This document shows positions 20,240 through 30,643 of a DNA stretch of 64,000 bases, piece after piece (within the stretch, counting starts at the first letter, position 1; each line of letters starts with the position of its first letter). Below the pieces are notes generated by a model. The model had not been told where the DNA came from. It did not search any database and saw only the letters and a program-made list of their open reading frames with translations. Position numbers and translations under genes: made by a program. The stretch covers positions 108,852 through 172,851 of the forward strand of contig CAWGPU010000004.1 of the NCBI GenBank assembly GCA_963824615.1, written 5' to 3'. This stretch comes from an uncultured Haloplasmataceae bacterium (lineage in GTDB: Bacteria; Bacillota_I; Bacilli_A; Haloplasmatales; Haloplasmataceae).

Positions 20240-20689
20240 TTGGATTTTAAAGACGAAGAATTTTTAAAAAAGTTTATTATTGACAGTGTTCGTATTATCA
20301 ACCACACAGCTAATAATTTTGTGAAAGCTGAAATTGCTAGGGGGGGTCTTACAACACCACAAATAAATGTGTTGATGGAATTAGTATCCTTTGATGGATT
20401 ATCAGTTAAAGAGTTAAGTCAAAGACTAAATTTATCCCATAGTACTGTATCGGGAATTATTGATAGATTAGAATCTCGTGAATTTGTAGAGCGGAAACAA
20501 GACTCAAACGATGGTCGGTATACACGAATATATTTGTCTGCTCGCGTTAATGATTATGTTAAAAACAATTTAATCCAAAGATACACTCCTTTTATTGATG
20601 CCATGTATAAAGCAACTCCAGATGAAAGGATAAAGATTATTGAAGGCTTCTCTATTCTTAGTAGATTATTAAAAGAATCAGGTAATTAG
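20240..20689 (+). CDS. MarR-family transcriptional regulator
   Basis: Winged-helix region LSVKELSQRLNLSHSTVSGIIDRLESREFVERKQDSNDGR. 149 aa, divergent to the MFS efflux gene. Confidence 0.8.
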   Translation: MDFKDEEFLKKFIIDSVRIINHTANNFVKAEIARGGLTTPQINVLMELVSFDGLSVKELSQRLNLSHSTVSGIIDRLESREFVERKQDSNDGRYTRIYLSARVNDYVKNNLIQRYTPFIDAMYKATPDERIKIIEGFSILSRLLKESGN

Positions 20690-20961
20690 AAAAATGTTAG
20701 AAAATTACTTCTGATGTACATATAACTCGATTACTTTTTAACAATAGAAATAAATAAATAGTATCTATCATTAAAATGAGGATTAACGCAATATTAATCT
20801 GATATATTAGAGATACACATTAAAAACTCAATTCAACAAATTTTCCTGAAGTTTAAATTCAAGTTAAATAGAAGTTTCTAGATAAACAGGTAAAATAAGT
20901 GTTATAATTTATATTATCCAGGAAATAAACATCATATAATATATTAAAAGGAGGATACATC

Positions 20962-21402
20962 GTGAATAAGAAATTAAATTATACAGCGGTTAAATTGATC
21001 ATAACGGCAGTCATTTTAATAGGCGTAGGTATTTGGTTATTTTATATTTTTTCCAGTGGTGCTAAAGAACCAGTTGTCAATATTTCTGATAGTTCTTTTA
21101 AAGTAACTGGAATGTATGGGAAAACGTATAATTTTTCCGATATAACTTCTATTACTTTAGAAAGTTCTCTTCCAAAAATTGAAAAAAGAACAAATGGTTA
21201 TAGCCTTCATGGAGTATTAAAGGGAACATTCGTATTAGATAGTTTAGGGACTTGCCGTTTATTTCTAAGTAATGAAACAGAACCTTTTATATTTATTAAC
21301 ATTAATAATTCTTATGTCATTATCAATTTTTCCGATATTACTAAGACCCAAAGTACCTATCAACAGTTACTTGACAATTGGCAAAACTTTAGTCAAAATT
21401 GA
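20962..21402 (+). CDS. hypothetical membrane-anchored protein (146 aa)
   Basis: AAAGGAGGATACATCGTG RBS and an N-terminal TM helix. No family recognised. Confidence 0.4.
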   Translation: MNKKLNYTAVKLIITAVILIGVGIWLFYIFSSGAKEPVVNISDSSFKVTGMYGKTYNFSDITSITLESSLPKIEKRTNGYSLHGVLKGTFVLDSLGTCRLFLSNETEPFIFININNSYVIINFSDITKTQSTYQQLLDNWQNFSQN

Positions 21403-21846
21403 TATTTTCAAATATATATATAAAACTATAGTCACTTTAATGCATAAGGTGACTTTTTTGTTTTAAATATAAAAGAAATAATTTTCTAATTGATTAATAC
21501 TATTTATTAAGTAAGCTGAAAGTTATTGATAAAAAATTGATACGGGATTATAATAAAAATGGGTAAAATATACATCCAAATTGCCATAATGGCTGATAAT
21601 TTTCAAAAACTTTTTTAATTGAATCTTACTTAAACATTTTATTTATATTCTTGTTGTTAATTGAGGGAAATGAGTTTTAAATATTGCATAAGCATAAGAT
21701 AGTTATTTCAAAAATAAAGATGAGTTTACCATAATTAAATAGAAATTCTATCTAAAAAAATCAAAAAATTTACTTGTTATTAACCAATTTTAAGACAATC
21801 AGGTTGTTATTTACCTTATGAAGCAATATACAAAGGAGGAAGAAAA

Positions 21847-23061
21847 ATGGGATTTGACACAGGTAATACAGCATTTATGCTAATAGCTACAAGTTTAGTA
21901 ATGTTAATGACACCAGGGTTAGCTTTTTTTTATGGGGGACTTGTTGGTAGAAAAAATGTTATAACCATTATGATGCAAAGTTTTGTTTCATTAGGTCTTA
22001 CGACTATTATTTGGTTTAGCGTTGGGTATTCATTATGTTTTAGTGGTGATGTTGGAGGTATAATCGGTAATTTACATTATGCATTTTTAAATCATATATC
22101 GATTACTCAGACTTTATCAGCTACAGATAATATACCTATTATCGTATTTATTGCTTATCAAATGATGTTTGCAGTCATCACTCCTGCACTTATTACCGGT
22201 GCGTTCGCTGATAGAGTAACCTTTAAAGCATACATTATATTTCAAGTTTTATGGTTATTTCTCGTATATTTTCCGTTTACCCATATGGTTTGGGGCGGAG
22301 GTATATTAGCTCAATGGGGAGTTCTTGATTTTGCAGGTGGTATCGTCGTTCATACAAGCGCTGGTATGGCAGCACTCGCTTCTGTATTCTTTATTGGGAG
22401 AAGACATAACAAACCAAGCGTACCGCATAATATTCCTTTAATGACAATAGGAACCGCTTTATTATGGTTTGGATGGTATGGATTCAATGCAGGAAGCGAA
22501 CTTAAAGTGGATGGTATAACTGCAGTCGCTTTCCTTAATACTGATATTGCAGCTTCTTTTGCAACAATTGTATGGTTAGCTATCGAATGGTTCGAAACAG
22601 GTAAGCCTAGATTTGTAGGATTATTAACAGGTGCTGTTGCCGGACTAGCTACTATTACACCAGCTGCTGGATATATCAGTCCGAGTTCAGCCGCAATTAT
22701 TGGTATTGTTGCTGGTACCGTATGCTACTTCGCAGTTAAACTTAAAAACAAACTTCATTGGGATGATGCACTTGATGTATGGGGAGTACATGGTGTCGGT
22801 GGTATGCTAGGTGTAGTTTGCTTAGGTTTATTTGGAACTACTGCTATCAATGTAGCGGGAGCGAATGGTTTATTCTTTGGAGGAACAAAATTTTTCTTCA
22901 TAGAATTAGGAGCAGTTATATCTGCAGCGATCTATTCATTTATAATTTCTTATATTCTTTTGAAATTAATTAGTTACATAACTCCTGTACGAGTAACAGT
23001 TGAAGTTGAAGATTCAGGATTAGATGAAGAACTTCATGGAGAACATGCTTATTATCTATAA
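21847..23061 (+). CDS. amt: ammonium transporter (Amt family)
   Basis: AFMLIATSLVMLMTPGLAFFYGGLVGRKNV and FDFAGGIVVHTSAG are canonical Amt/MEP motifs. AAAGGAGGAAGAAAAATG RBS. Confidence 0.9.
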   Translation: MGFDTGNTAFMLIATSLVMLMTPGLAFFYGGLVGRKNVITIMMQSFVSLGLTTIIWFSVGYSLCFSGDVGGIIGNLHYAFLNHISITQTLSATDNIPIIVFIAYQMMFAVITPALITGAFADRVTFKAYIIFQVLWLFLVYFPFTHMVWGGGILAQWGVLDFAGGIVVHTSAGMAALASVFFIGRRHNKPSVPHNIPLMTIGTALLWFGWYGFNAGSELKVDGITAVAFLNTDIAASFATIVWLAIEWFETGKPRFVGLLTGAVAGLATITPAAGYISPSSAAIIGIVAGTVCYFAVKLKNKLHWDDALDVWGVHGVGGMLGVVCLGLFGTTAINVAGANGLFFGGTKFFFIELGAVISAAIYSFIISYILLKLISYITPVRVTVEVEDSGLDEELHGEHAYYL

Positions 23062-23067
23062 TATGAA

Positions 23068-23108
23068 AGACCGCCGTATAGAAATTGATTCTAAACGGTG
23101 GTCTTTTC
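23068..23108 (+). terminator. rho-independent terminator after amt
   Basis: agaccgccg...cggtggtct stem followed by tttt. Confidence 0.7.
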
Positions 23109-23446
23109 TTTTATTAATAATATTGTTTAAATCTAATCATCATTATAAGACCAGAAATAAATGTGATGACATTACCTACTATGATAGATAATATGACTAG
23201 TAAAAGTTATAATTGTTTCTCATTACTTATTTGTAGGTAAATTGTTAATATATCATAAATTTTTACGACAAATTCAAAAAATATTTATTTGAAAAATTAG
23301 AAAATAGAAATGTTACTAAATTCAGATTAATTCAAGTAAGATACGTATACAAATAGAAGTCATTGTTTTATAATGAAAATAGAAACAACAGTTATTCCAA
23401 AACAGTGTTTAATCATTATAAAAAAAATAAGATAATGGAGGACAAA

Positions 23447-24367
23447 ATGATATATACATGTACATTGAATCCAAGTGTTGATTATGTAGTATGGTTAGAA
23501 AAATTCATAACAGGTGATGTTAGCCGATCTAAAACCGAGTCTTTTGACCCAGGTGGAAAAGGGATAAATGTTTCATTGCTACTCAACAATCTAAAGATAG
23601 ATTCTACTCTTTTAGGGTTTATGGGTGGTTTTACAGGTCATTATTTAATGGATCTGCTTGATGAAAACAAATATTTACATTTAGATTTTATTAAAGTTAA
23701 GGGTACTACAAGAGTAAATGTGATAATTCAAGAAACAGTTGAATCACGAATAAGTGCGAATGGACCCATTATCACAGATCATGACTATGAGAAATTAATT
23801 CATAAAGTCAACAATATCGATGAAAATGATATTTTTATTTTATCTGGCAGTATTCCTTCTTCTATAAAAAAAGATGTGTATAGTGAAATTGCTGAAATCG
23901 TAAAAAATAAAAAAGCATTATTTATTGCTGATACGACAGGTGAAAAATTACTGAACATTTTACAGTATCATCCGTTTTTAATTAAACCAAATAGAAAAGA
24001 AGTTGAAAATATTTTTAACGTTGAGCTTAATAATGAAAAAGATATTATCAAATATGGTAAGTTATTAAGAGAAAAAGGAGCTCAAAACGTGTTGATATCA
24101 CTGAGTGGTGATGGAGCTATTTTAATTACTAACGACAAGATATATCGTTCAAATGCATTAACTGATAAAGTAGTTAATACTGTAGGTGCAGGAGATAGCA
24201 TGATTGCGGGATTTGTCGCTATGTATTTGAAAACTAAATCATATCCCGAAGCATTAAGATTTGGAGCCGCTAGTGGTAGTGCAACTGCATTTTCTATTGG
24301 ATTAGGTAAAGAGGATGTCATTAATGCTTTATTTAATAGAATTGAAGTTAAAGAAATAGTTGAATAG
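23447..24367 (+). CDS. PfkB-family sugar kinase (1-phosphofructokinase / tagatose-6-phosphate kinase-like)
   Basis: GGAGG 7 nt before the ATG at 23447. MIYTCTLNPSVDY is the typical FruK start, and the C-terminal GAGDSMIAGF is the PfkB anion-hole motif. Confidence 0.75.
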   Translation: MIYTCTLNPSVDYVVWLEKFITGDVSRSKTESFDPGGKGINVSLLLNNLKIDSTLLGFMGGFTGHYLMDLLDENKYLHLDFIKVKGTTRVNVIIQETVESRISANGPIITDHDYEKLIHKVNNIDENDIFILSGSIPSSIKKDVYSEIAEIVKNKKALFIADTTGEKLLNILQYHPFLIKPNRKEVENIFNVELNNEKDIIKYGKLLREKGAQNVLISLSGDGAILITNDKIYRSNALTDKVVNTVGAGDSMIAGFVAMYLKTKSYPEALRFGAASGSATAFSIGLGKEDVINALFNRIEVKEIVE

Positions 24368-24529
24368 CTTAAGAATTGATATTTTGGAGAATTTTTATTC
24401 TCCTTTTTTTAATTTGATTGAATGTAAATAGGTAAATGAGTAATTATCATGTTAAAATTTAAAGATTGAGATGTCCATTTTGTTATTTTTAGGTAAAACT
24501 ATTGTCGAAGAGGTGGTTGTTTTGTTATA

Positions 24530-25144
24530 ATGAATATATCTATTTTAGGAAATATTAGGGAATTAAGGTGTATTATGAACGGAATTATTTTGGGAATTAT
24601 CGCATTTATACTAATGTATGTCTTTGATATTTTTACTTTGTATAATAATAAAGTAATGAAAATAATCTTTGGAGTATCGGGTATTGGGTTATTGATCTAT
24701 TCGACTATACAAGTATTAGTTGATTCAAAAATTATCTATATACCTTTTTTAATTCGAATGATTAGTGGGTCTTTATGTGTCATTTTCATTTTTTTACTAA
24801 TTTATTCTTTGTTTTTAGAATTGCCATTTACTAAAACGTATCGTGATGAAGACCATAATAATGCTTTAGTAGATAGGGGAACTTATGCACTGTGTCGTCA
24901 TCCTGGTGTTTTATGGTTTGGATTCAGCTTTTTATTCTTATTTTTGATGACCGAGAAATTATTTGTATTGTATGCAGGAATCATTTGGACATTAATAGAT
25001 TTTATCTATGTTATATTACAGGAGAGATATATCTTTTCTAAAATGTTTCCAGAATATAAACAATACTTAAAAACTACACCGATGATTATTCCAACTAAAA
25101 ATAGTATGAAAAGATGTATAACAACACTAGGGAGGATTAAATGA
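24530..25144 (+). CDS. membrane methyltransferase-family protein (ICMT / phospholipid methyltransferase-like)
   Basis: Polytopic. LVDRGTYALCRHPGVLWFGF resembles the TxGxYxxxRHPxY motif of isoprenylcysteine carboxyl methyltransferase-like proteins. Confidence 0.4.
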   Translation: MNISILGNIRELRCIMNGIILGIIAFILMYVFDIFTLYNNKVMKIIFGVSGIGLLIYSTIQVLVDSKIIYIPFLIRMISGSLCVIFIFLLIYSLFLELPFTKTYRDEDHNNALVDRGTYALCRHPGVLWFGFSFLFLFLMTEKLFVLYAGIIWTLIDFIYVILQERYIFSKMFPEYKQYLKTTPMIIPTKNSMKRCITTLGRIK

Positions 25145-26694
25145 AAACATTGAAAGAAATGCTCAAGCATGATGAATATAATCTGATTTGGGAGAGGTAT
25201 TGTGGCTTTCTGGATTTATCACTCAATGAATTTATGCAAATTCAAGAACGACTTTTGATGGAGCAAATTGAAATTTTGTATTCTTGTGAATTGGGTAAAA
25301 GACTAATGAAAAAGAAACCTAGTTCATTAAAGGAATTTAGGGAAATAGTTCCGTTAACAAACTATGAAGATTATGCAGATATATTAATAAATAAAAAAGA
25401 AGAAATGTTACCTTCTAAACCATTATATTGGATTAAAACCACTTGGAAGGGTGGAACACAAGATATTAAATTGGCACCATATTCAGAGAGTATGATTGAA
25501 GAACATGCAAAAGCATTTATTGCTAGTTTAATACTTGCTACAAGCAAAAAACGTTATGATTTTACTTTAAGAGATCATGATAAATTTTTATATGGGATGG
25601 CTCCTTTACCATATTTAACAGGACTTGCACCATATGGTTTAAAAAAAGAAATTGATTTCGAATATTTACCATCTATTGAAAAAGCAGAAAGCCTAGGATT
25701 TAAAGAAAGAAATAAAGAAGGATTTAATATTGCTTTAAATAGAGGGGTTGATTTATTTTTTGGTTTATCGAGTGTATTAGTTAAAATTGGTGAAGATTTT
25801 GTAACAGGAAGTTCTTCTAAAAAATCAATCAGACCTAAAAACTTAAAGATGTTATTTAAATTAATCAGGGTTTTTATAAAAAAGAATATTAAAAAGGAAA
25901 CAGTCTTACCCAAAGATTTATTTGATTTCAAAGGCATTTTGTGTGCCGGAACAGATACATCGGCATATAAGGAGAAAATCGAATATTACTTTGGAAAAAC
26001 ACCACTTGAAATTTTTGGTGGTACTGAAATAGCAACAGTAGCTATTGAGACTTGGAGTAGAAATGGATTAACTTTTTTTCCTGATGTTAACTTTTTAGAG
26101 TTTATTCCTGAAAAGGAATCTCTTAGAAGTTTAAACGATAAAACATTTCAACCCCAAACCATTTTGTTAAATGAATTAAAACCGAATGAGAAATATGAAC
26201 TTGTTATAACAAAATTTAGAGGTGGTGCTTTTGTACGGTATCGTGTTGGTGATATGATTGAATGCTTGGCCTTAGAGGATAAGGAGAGTCAAATCGCTTT
26301 GCCTCAAATAAGATATGTCGACCGCATTTCAAACATTATTGATATAGCTGGATTTACTAGAATAACAAAATCCACTATCGAAAAAGCCTTAACTTTAGGT
26401 AATTTCAATGTGGTGAATTGGGTAGCGTGTAAGGAGTTAATCAATAATGAACCAACATTACATTTATATATCGAATTAAAAGATGAAATAAATAATATAA
26501 TCACCGTTAAAAAGCATATACATGACGGACTAAAATCTCTTGATTCTGATTACCGTGATTACGAAACGTTATTAGGGAAATCACCTTTACAAGTGACACT
26601 TTTGAAACAACATGCATTCACAAAATTAACTGATAAATCAGCATTTGTTCAAATAAATCCAGGAAAAGAAATTTTGAATGAATTATTTTCATAA
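25141..26694 (+). CDS. GH3-family (acyl-acid amido synthetase-like, adenylate-forming) protein
   Basis: TTWKGGTQDIKLAPYS resembles the GH3 phosphate-binding motif (SSGTSxGxxKxIP). ~520 aa. ATGA start overlap with the upstream gene. Confidence 0.45.
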   Translation: MKTLKEMLKHDEYNLIWERYCGFLDLSLNEFMQIQERLLMEQIEILYSCELGKRLMKKKPSSLKEFREIVPLTNYEDYADILINKKEEMLPSKPLYWIKTTWKGGTQDIKLAPYSESMIEEHAKAFIASLILATSKKRYDFTLRDHDKFLYGMAPLPYLTGLAPYGLKKEIDFEYLPSIEKAESLGFKERNKEGFNIALNRGVDLFFGLSSVLVKIGEDFVTGSSSKKSIRPKNLKMLFKLIRVFIKKNIKKETVLPKDLFDFKGILCAGTDTSAYKEKIEYYFGKTPLEIFGGTEIATVAIETWSRNGLTFFPDVNFLEFIPEKESLRSLNDKTFQPQTILLNELKPNEKYELVITKFRGGAFVRYRVGDMIECLALEDKESQIALPQIRYVDRISNIIDIAGFTRITKSTIEKALTLGNFNVVNWVACKELINNEPTLHLYIELKDEINNIITVKKHIHDGLKSLDSDYRDYETLLGKSPLQVTLLKQHAFTKLTDKSAFVQINPGKEILNELFS

Positions 26695-26747
26695 TTATGA
26701 TTAGGCAATAATGGGAAGAAAATAAAAAAAGTAATGAGGGAAAATTT

Positions 26748-29282
26748 ATGGAACCAATAAATTATATTACACTGATACCATTTATCGCCTGTGTTTTTTA
26801 TTTTATATTACTGATAATTCTGATGGGATCTAGAAATAATAAAATTGCGAAAGCTTATATTTATTATATAGTTGCCATGATTATCTGGAGTTTAGGATCA
26901 TTTGTCATGAAAACAAATTTTCCTCCTGGTTCCTTATTTTGGAACCGTATATTGTGTGTGGGTTTGATATCTATGCCTATCTTATTTTATAATTTCACAT
27001 TAGTGTTAACTAAAATAAAAAATCAGTTTTGGGTATTATGGATTGGAGTATTTACCGGAATTTTCTTTATCATTGCTAATTTTATGGGATTAATTATGAA
27101 ATCTGCCTATATGGATATGGTAAACAACCAATTTAACTATAAATTAGGACCTGTTGCACCAATAATGGCTATCTGGAGTTTATTATACTTAATATTGGCT
27201 TTTATGAACATTTTAGGTAAAGTGAAATCAAATGAAATCCCTTTTGTTCGAGTGAAATTGATTTTAATTGGTTTAGTTTTAGTAATTATTGGTGGATTGC
27301 TCAATTTAAATAATAAAATTGGTAGATATCCATTAGATATAATCTTAAATACAATTAATGCTGTGTTTATTGTCTATTCTATATACCGACATAAATTTTT
27401 AGAAATAAAATTAATTGTTAAAAAGGGTATTGCTTATTCTTTGTACACCATTATTTTAACTTGTGTATATTTAATCGCAATAGTTGGGGTTCAACTCATG
27501 TTAAGCCACATATTTGGCTACAGTAATATTACCTTAACGATTACAGTGGCCTTACTCTTAGCTATGATTTTTCAACCAATGAAAAATACATTACAACGAG
27601 GGATAGATCGTATCTTTTATAAAGAAAAGCTAAAATCACAAATGGTATTAAAGAATTTTAGTGAAATTATTAATAACATTCTTGATTTAAATGAAATACT
27701 AGATGCCATCATGAATGCCGTCAATAAACGATTACAACCCAAACAAATTCATATCGCCTTAAATGAGAATATTGATGACTATATTGTTTATGATCAAAAG
27801 GCTAACGAAGTCACACATCTCAAAATAAATAGTGATCACCCAATCGTCAAATGGTTTCTACAAGGAAAATCATTACTAACAATCAGCGAAATTCATAATC
27901 TTCCATATTTTTCAAGTTTATGGAGTATAGAGAAAAAGCAATTACTTGATATTAATACTGAATTGATTGTTCCAATTAAATTTAGAGATAAATTAATTGG
28001 GATGTTAATATTATCAGAAAAAAATGGTGGAGATGCATATACAGATGATGAATTAGATTTAGTTCATACAGTAGTTAATCATGCAGCCGCAGTAATTGAA
28101 AATGCTAAATTGTACGAAGAAGCAAAAGAACAAGCCATTACCGATGGCTTGACGAAACTATATAATCATCGTTACTTCCATGAAATTCTATCGGAAATTG
28201 TTGCTAAAAATAAGTATCAAGTATTTTCTATCGCAATGATTGATGTGGATTTATTTAAATTTTATAATGACCTTTATGGTCATTCCGCAGGAGATAGAGC
28301 ACTAGTCAGAATAGCACAAACGATAAAAGAAAATATATCTCTTAATGATATGGTCTTTCGTTATGGTGGCGAAGAATTTGCGGTTATTTTTCCTAATATT
28401 GAAGGTGAACAATCTTTAGAAGCGATTGAAAAAATTCGTAAAGCTGTGGAGTCTTCTTTTTACAATTCTTCTAATTATGGAGAATTTATGACTGTTAGTG
28501 CTGGCGTTGCTAATTATCCATATGTCAGTAAAACGGTTGAATTTGTTCTAGATTGTGCTGATAAGGCAATGTATACTGCTAAACAATCTGGACGAAATAA
28601 AGCTATTTTATATTCAGATAAGCAAATTAATAATGAAAAACCAGAAACTCAATTTGATTTAGAGAGTCTACAAGATAGTATTAAATCAGCTTATTTATCT
28701 TCTATCTATGCTTTAGCAGCAACAATTGATGCAAAAGATCGTTATACTTACGGACACTCAGAAAATGTGTCGAATCTAGCTGTGATTCTAGCAAAAGAAG
28801 CTGGTTTTTCTCCTGAAAAACTAGATGTGATTAAAAATGCTGGATTACTTCATGATATTGGGAAAATTGGTATTCCAGAAAATATTCTAACAAAACCTGA
28901 TAAACTAACTCCTGATGAATATCTCCTGATGAAAAAACATGTAGATATATCAATCACGATTATTAAGCACATTCCGAATTTAATAGAGGTCATCCCGGCA
29001 ATTATGAGCCATCATGAGAAATATGACGGGTCCGGTTATCCTTTAGGAAGAAAAGAGGAAAACATTCCGTTTGAGGGTAGATGTTTATGCATTGTAGATG
29101 CATTTGATGCGATGATTTCTGATAGACCTTATCGTAAAGCATTAGGTGTTCCGTTTGCGATTGCGGAATTAAAGAAATTTAGAGGCATTCAGTTTGATCC
29201 CAAATTAACAGATTTGTTTATTAATTTAGTAGAAAGTGGAAAACTAAATCATATTATTGATGTTACCAACAAAGGAAAATAA
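26748..29282 (+). CDS. multi-domain c-di-GMP signalling protein: N-terminal membrane sensor, GAF, GGDEF diguanylate cyclase and HD-GYP phosphodiesterase
   Basis: RYGGEEF is a GGDEF active site. HDIGKIGIP and HHEKYDGSGYP are HD and GYP motifs. The first ~250 aa form 7-8 TM helices. Confidence 0.8.
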   Translation: MEPINYITLIPFIACVFYFILLIILMGSRNNKIAKAYIYYIVAMIIWSLGSFVMKTNFPPGSLFWNRILCVGLISMPILFYNFTLVLTKIKNQFWVLWIGVFTGIFFIIANFMGLIMKSAYMDMVNNQFNYKLGPVAPIMAIWSLLYLILAFMNILGKVKSNEIPFVRVKLILIGLVLVIIGGLLNLNNKIGRYPLDIILNTINAVFIVYSIYRHKFLEIKLIVKKGIAYSLYTIILTCVYLIAIVGVQLMLSHIFGYSNITLTITVALLLAMIFQPMKNTLQRGIDRIFYKEKLKSQMVLKNFSEIINNILDLNEILDAIMNAVNKRLQPKQIHIALNENIDDYIVYDQKANEVTHLKINSDHPIVKWFLQGKSLLTISEIHNLPYFSSLWSIEKKQLLDINTELIVPIKFRDKLIGMLILSEKNGGDAYTDDELDLVHTVVNHAAAVIENAKLYEEAKEQAITDGLTKLYNHRYFHEILSEIVAKNKYQVFSIAMIDVDLFKFYNDLYGHSAGDRALVRIAQTIKENISLNDMVFRYGGEEFAVIFPNIEGEQSLEAIEKIRKAVESSFYNSSNYGEFMTVSAGVANYPYVSKTVEFVLDCADKAMYTAKQSGRNKAILYSDKQINNEKPETQFDLESLQDSIKSAYLSSIYALAATIDAKDRYTYGHSENVSNLAVILAKEAGFSPEKLDVIKNAGLLHDIGKIGIPENILTKPDKLTPDEYLLMKKHVDISITIIKHIPNLIEVIPAIMSHHEKYDGSGYPLGRKEENIPFEGRCLCIVDAFDAMISDRPYRKALGVPFAIAELKKFRGIQFDPKLTDLFINLVESGKLNHIIDVTNKGK

Positions 29283-29296
29283 AAGTTATTTATGGA

Positions 29297-29328
29297 TAAA
29301 AGGCCGCTTATATAAGTGGCCTTTTTAT
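29297..29328. terminator. bidirectional rho-independent terminator
   Basis: aaaaggccgcttatataagtggccttttt has A and T runs on both sides. Confidence 0.7.
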
Positions 29329-29424
29329 AGGGACTGACTTAAATGCAACCGTTCACAAGGATTTCTTACCTGTTACTTCATAGGTGTATCTAAACAAAAG
29401 AAAAAATATGGTAATCTATTTAAA

Positions 29425-29465
29425 AAACTACCAATAGGAATTATAGGTAGTTTTTTGTTTTAGAT
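29425..29465 (-). terminator. terminator at the 3' end of the gvp operon
   Basis: The aaaaaactacc...ggtagtttttt hairpin lies directly after the stop of the last gvp gene. Confidence 0.6.
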
Positions 29466-29490
29466 GCCAAAAATAAAATAATTGATTCCA

Positions 29491-30273
29491 TTAACAAAAA
29501 TTATAAGGTGGCCATGGCCCTGAACATTCGATGATTATTCCACAATCCTGATAATTTTCTTTAAGTTGATTAATGGAATTCTGAAATTCATCGATTTGTG
29601 TTTGGTTAATTAAAACCGCACAGTTTAATATCATTTTTTCCTGAACACAAGTAATTTCTTTTGCCAGTAGTTTATTAGATTTAAGCTCTTTACAATAAGG
29701 TTTAACAGTCTCTATGATAGAATTAGCCGATGCAAATATTTTTTTCTCAACCTTATTATCTAAATCAATATCGAACTTCTTTTTAAGGAAAAAAGCTGCT
29801 CCTTTTGGTTTATTAAATAAACTTGCCGCAAAAGCAGTAATCTCTGCATTCATGGCTGTTTCCTTAAAGTGTTTAACGTCACAGTAAATTTTCACACTAT
29901 GTTCTTCACAATCCCTTAGTGAGTTTAAAGTTTCATTGAACAAATGATAATTTTCCGACAGTGCATCACGTAATCTATTTTCATTATTAAAAAGGGTTAG
30001 AAACTTCATGGGTATGCTGACCTTATTGCCGCTTAACAACTGTAAAATGTTCATAAATTTGCAAGCCTTTTCGGTTAGCCATTTTATGTCCTCACCCTTT
30101 ATTTTTAAATTCTCTTCACTATATTCATTTAAATAGACTTTACTATATATTCCAAACAATCCCTTGTATTCTATTGCGCAAATAGGATGGATATCATCTA
30201 TTCCTTTAAATGAGTTGTTATTTTCATCAAAGTGATTAACAATACAATATAAAAGCAATCCCTCTTCTTCCAA
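29491..30273 (-). CDS. gas vesicle protein, GvpF/GvpL family (third paralog)
   Basis: C-terminal SGPWPPYNF and an N-terminal LYCI-type start, as seen in the other two GvpF/L genes of the cluster. Confidence 0.7.
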   Translation of the reverse strand: MEEEGLLLYCIVNHFDENNNSFKGIDDIHPICAIEYKGLFGIYSKVYLNEYSEENLKIKGEDIKWLTEKACKFMNILQLLSGNKVSIPMKFLTLFNNENRLRDALSENYHLFNETLNSLRDCEEHSVKIYCDVKHFKETAMNAEITAFAASLFNKPKGAAFFLKKKFDIDLDNKVEKKIFASANSIIETVKPYCKELKSNKLLAKEITCVQEKMILNCAVLINQTQIDEFQNSINQLKENYQDCGIIIECSGPWPPYNFC

Positions 30274-30276
30274 AAT

Positions 30277-30627
30277 TTAATTTCCTCCCTCTATTTTTGT
30301 TTCTAATTTTTCCATTCTTTTTAATAGTTTCGTATTTTGTGCTTCAAGTAGTTTCATTTTTTTATTCTCTTCTAATTTTTCTTGTTTTTCAGCATTTAAT
30401 TTCGCCTTAGTTGATAAATTCGGGTCGGACATCCACCAATCTATTCCCATCTCTTTTGCTTTATCTATAGAAGCAATAATTAAACGTATTCTTATCGTCA
30501 GTAATTCTACGTTTGCTATCGCAATACTGATATCTCCCGCTATAACAACACCCTTATCAAGAATTTTTTCGAGTATATCCCCTATTGTACTTGATGAGGT
30601 TGATTGATTTATATAATTTCCTGCCAT
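30277..30627 (-). CDS. gvpJ: gas vesicle protein GvpJ (GvpA-family fold with C-terminal extension)
   Basis: TIGDILEKILDKGVVIAGDISIAIANVELLTIRIRLIIAS is a GvpA/J core. It carries a Lys/Glu-rich tail. Confidence 0.75.
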   Translation of the reverse strand: MAGNYINQSTSSSTIGDILEKILDKGVVIAGDISIAIANVELLTIRIRLIIASIDKAKEMGIDWWMSDPNLSTKAKLNAEKQEKLEENKKMKLLEAQNTKLLKRMEKLETKIEGGN

Positions 30628-30643
30628 TTACTTTCATCCTCCT

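Noticed and set aside
22779-22973. 64-aa plus-strand ORF inside amt in another frame
   Set aside because: It overlaps the confidently assigned ammonium transporter CDS. Cys/Trp-rich frame artefact.
25575-26504. Minus-strand ORFs of 120 aa and 66 aa
   Set aside because: They are antisense to the GH3-family gene.
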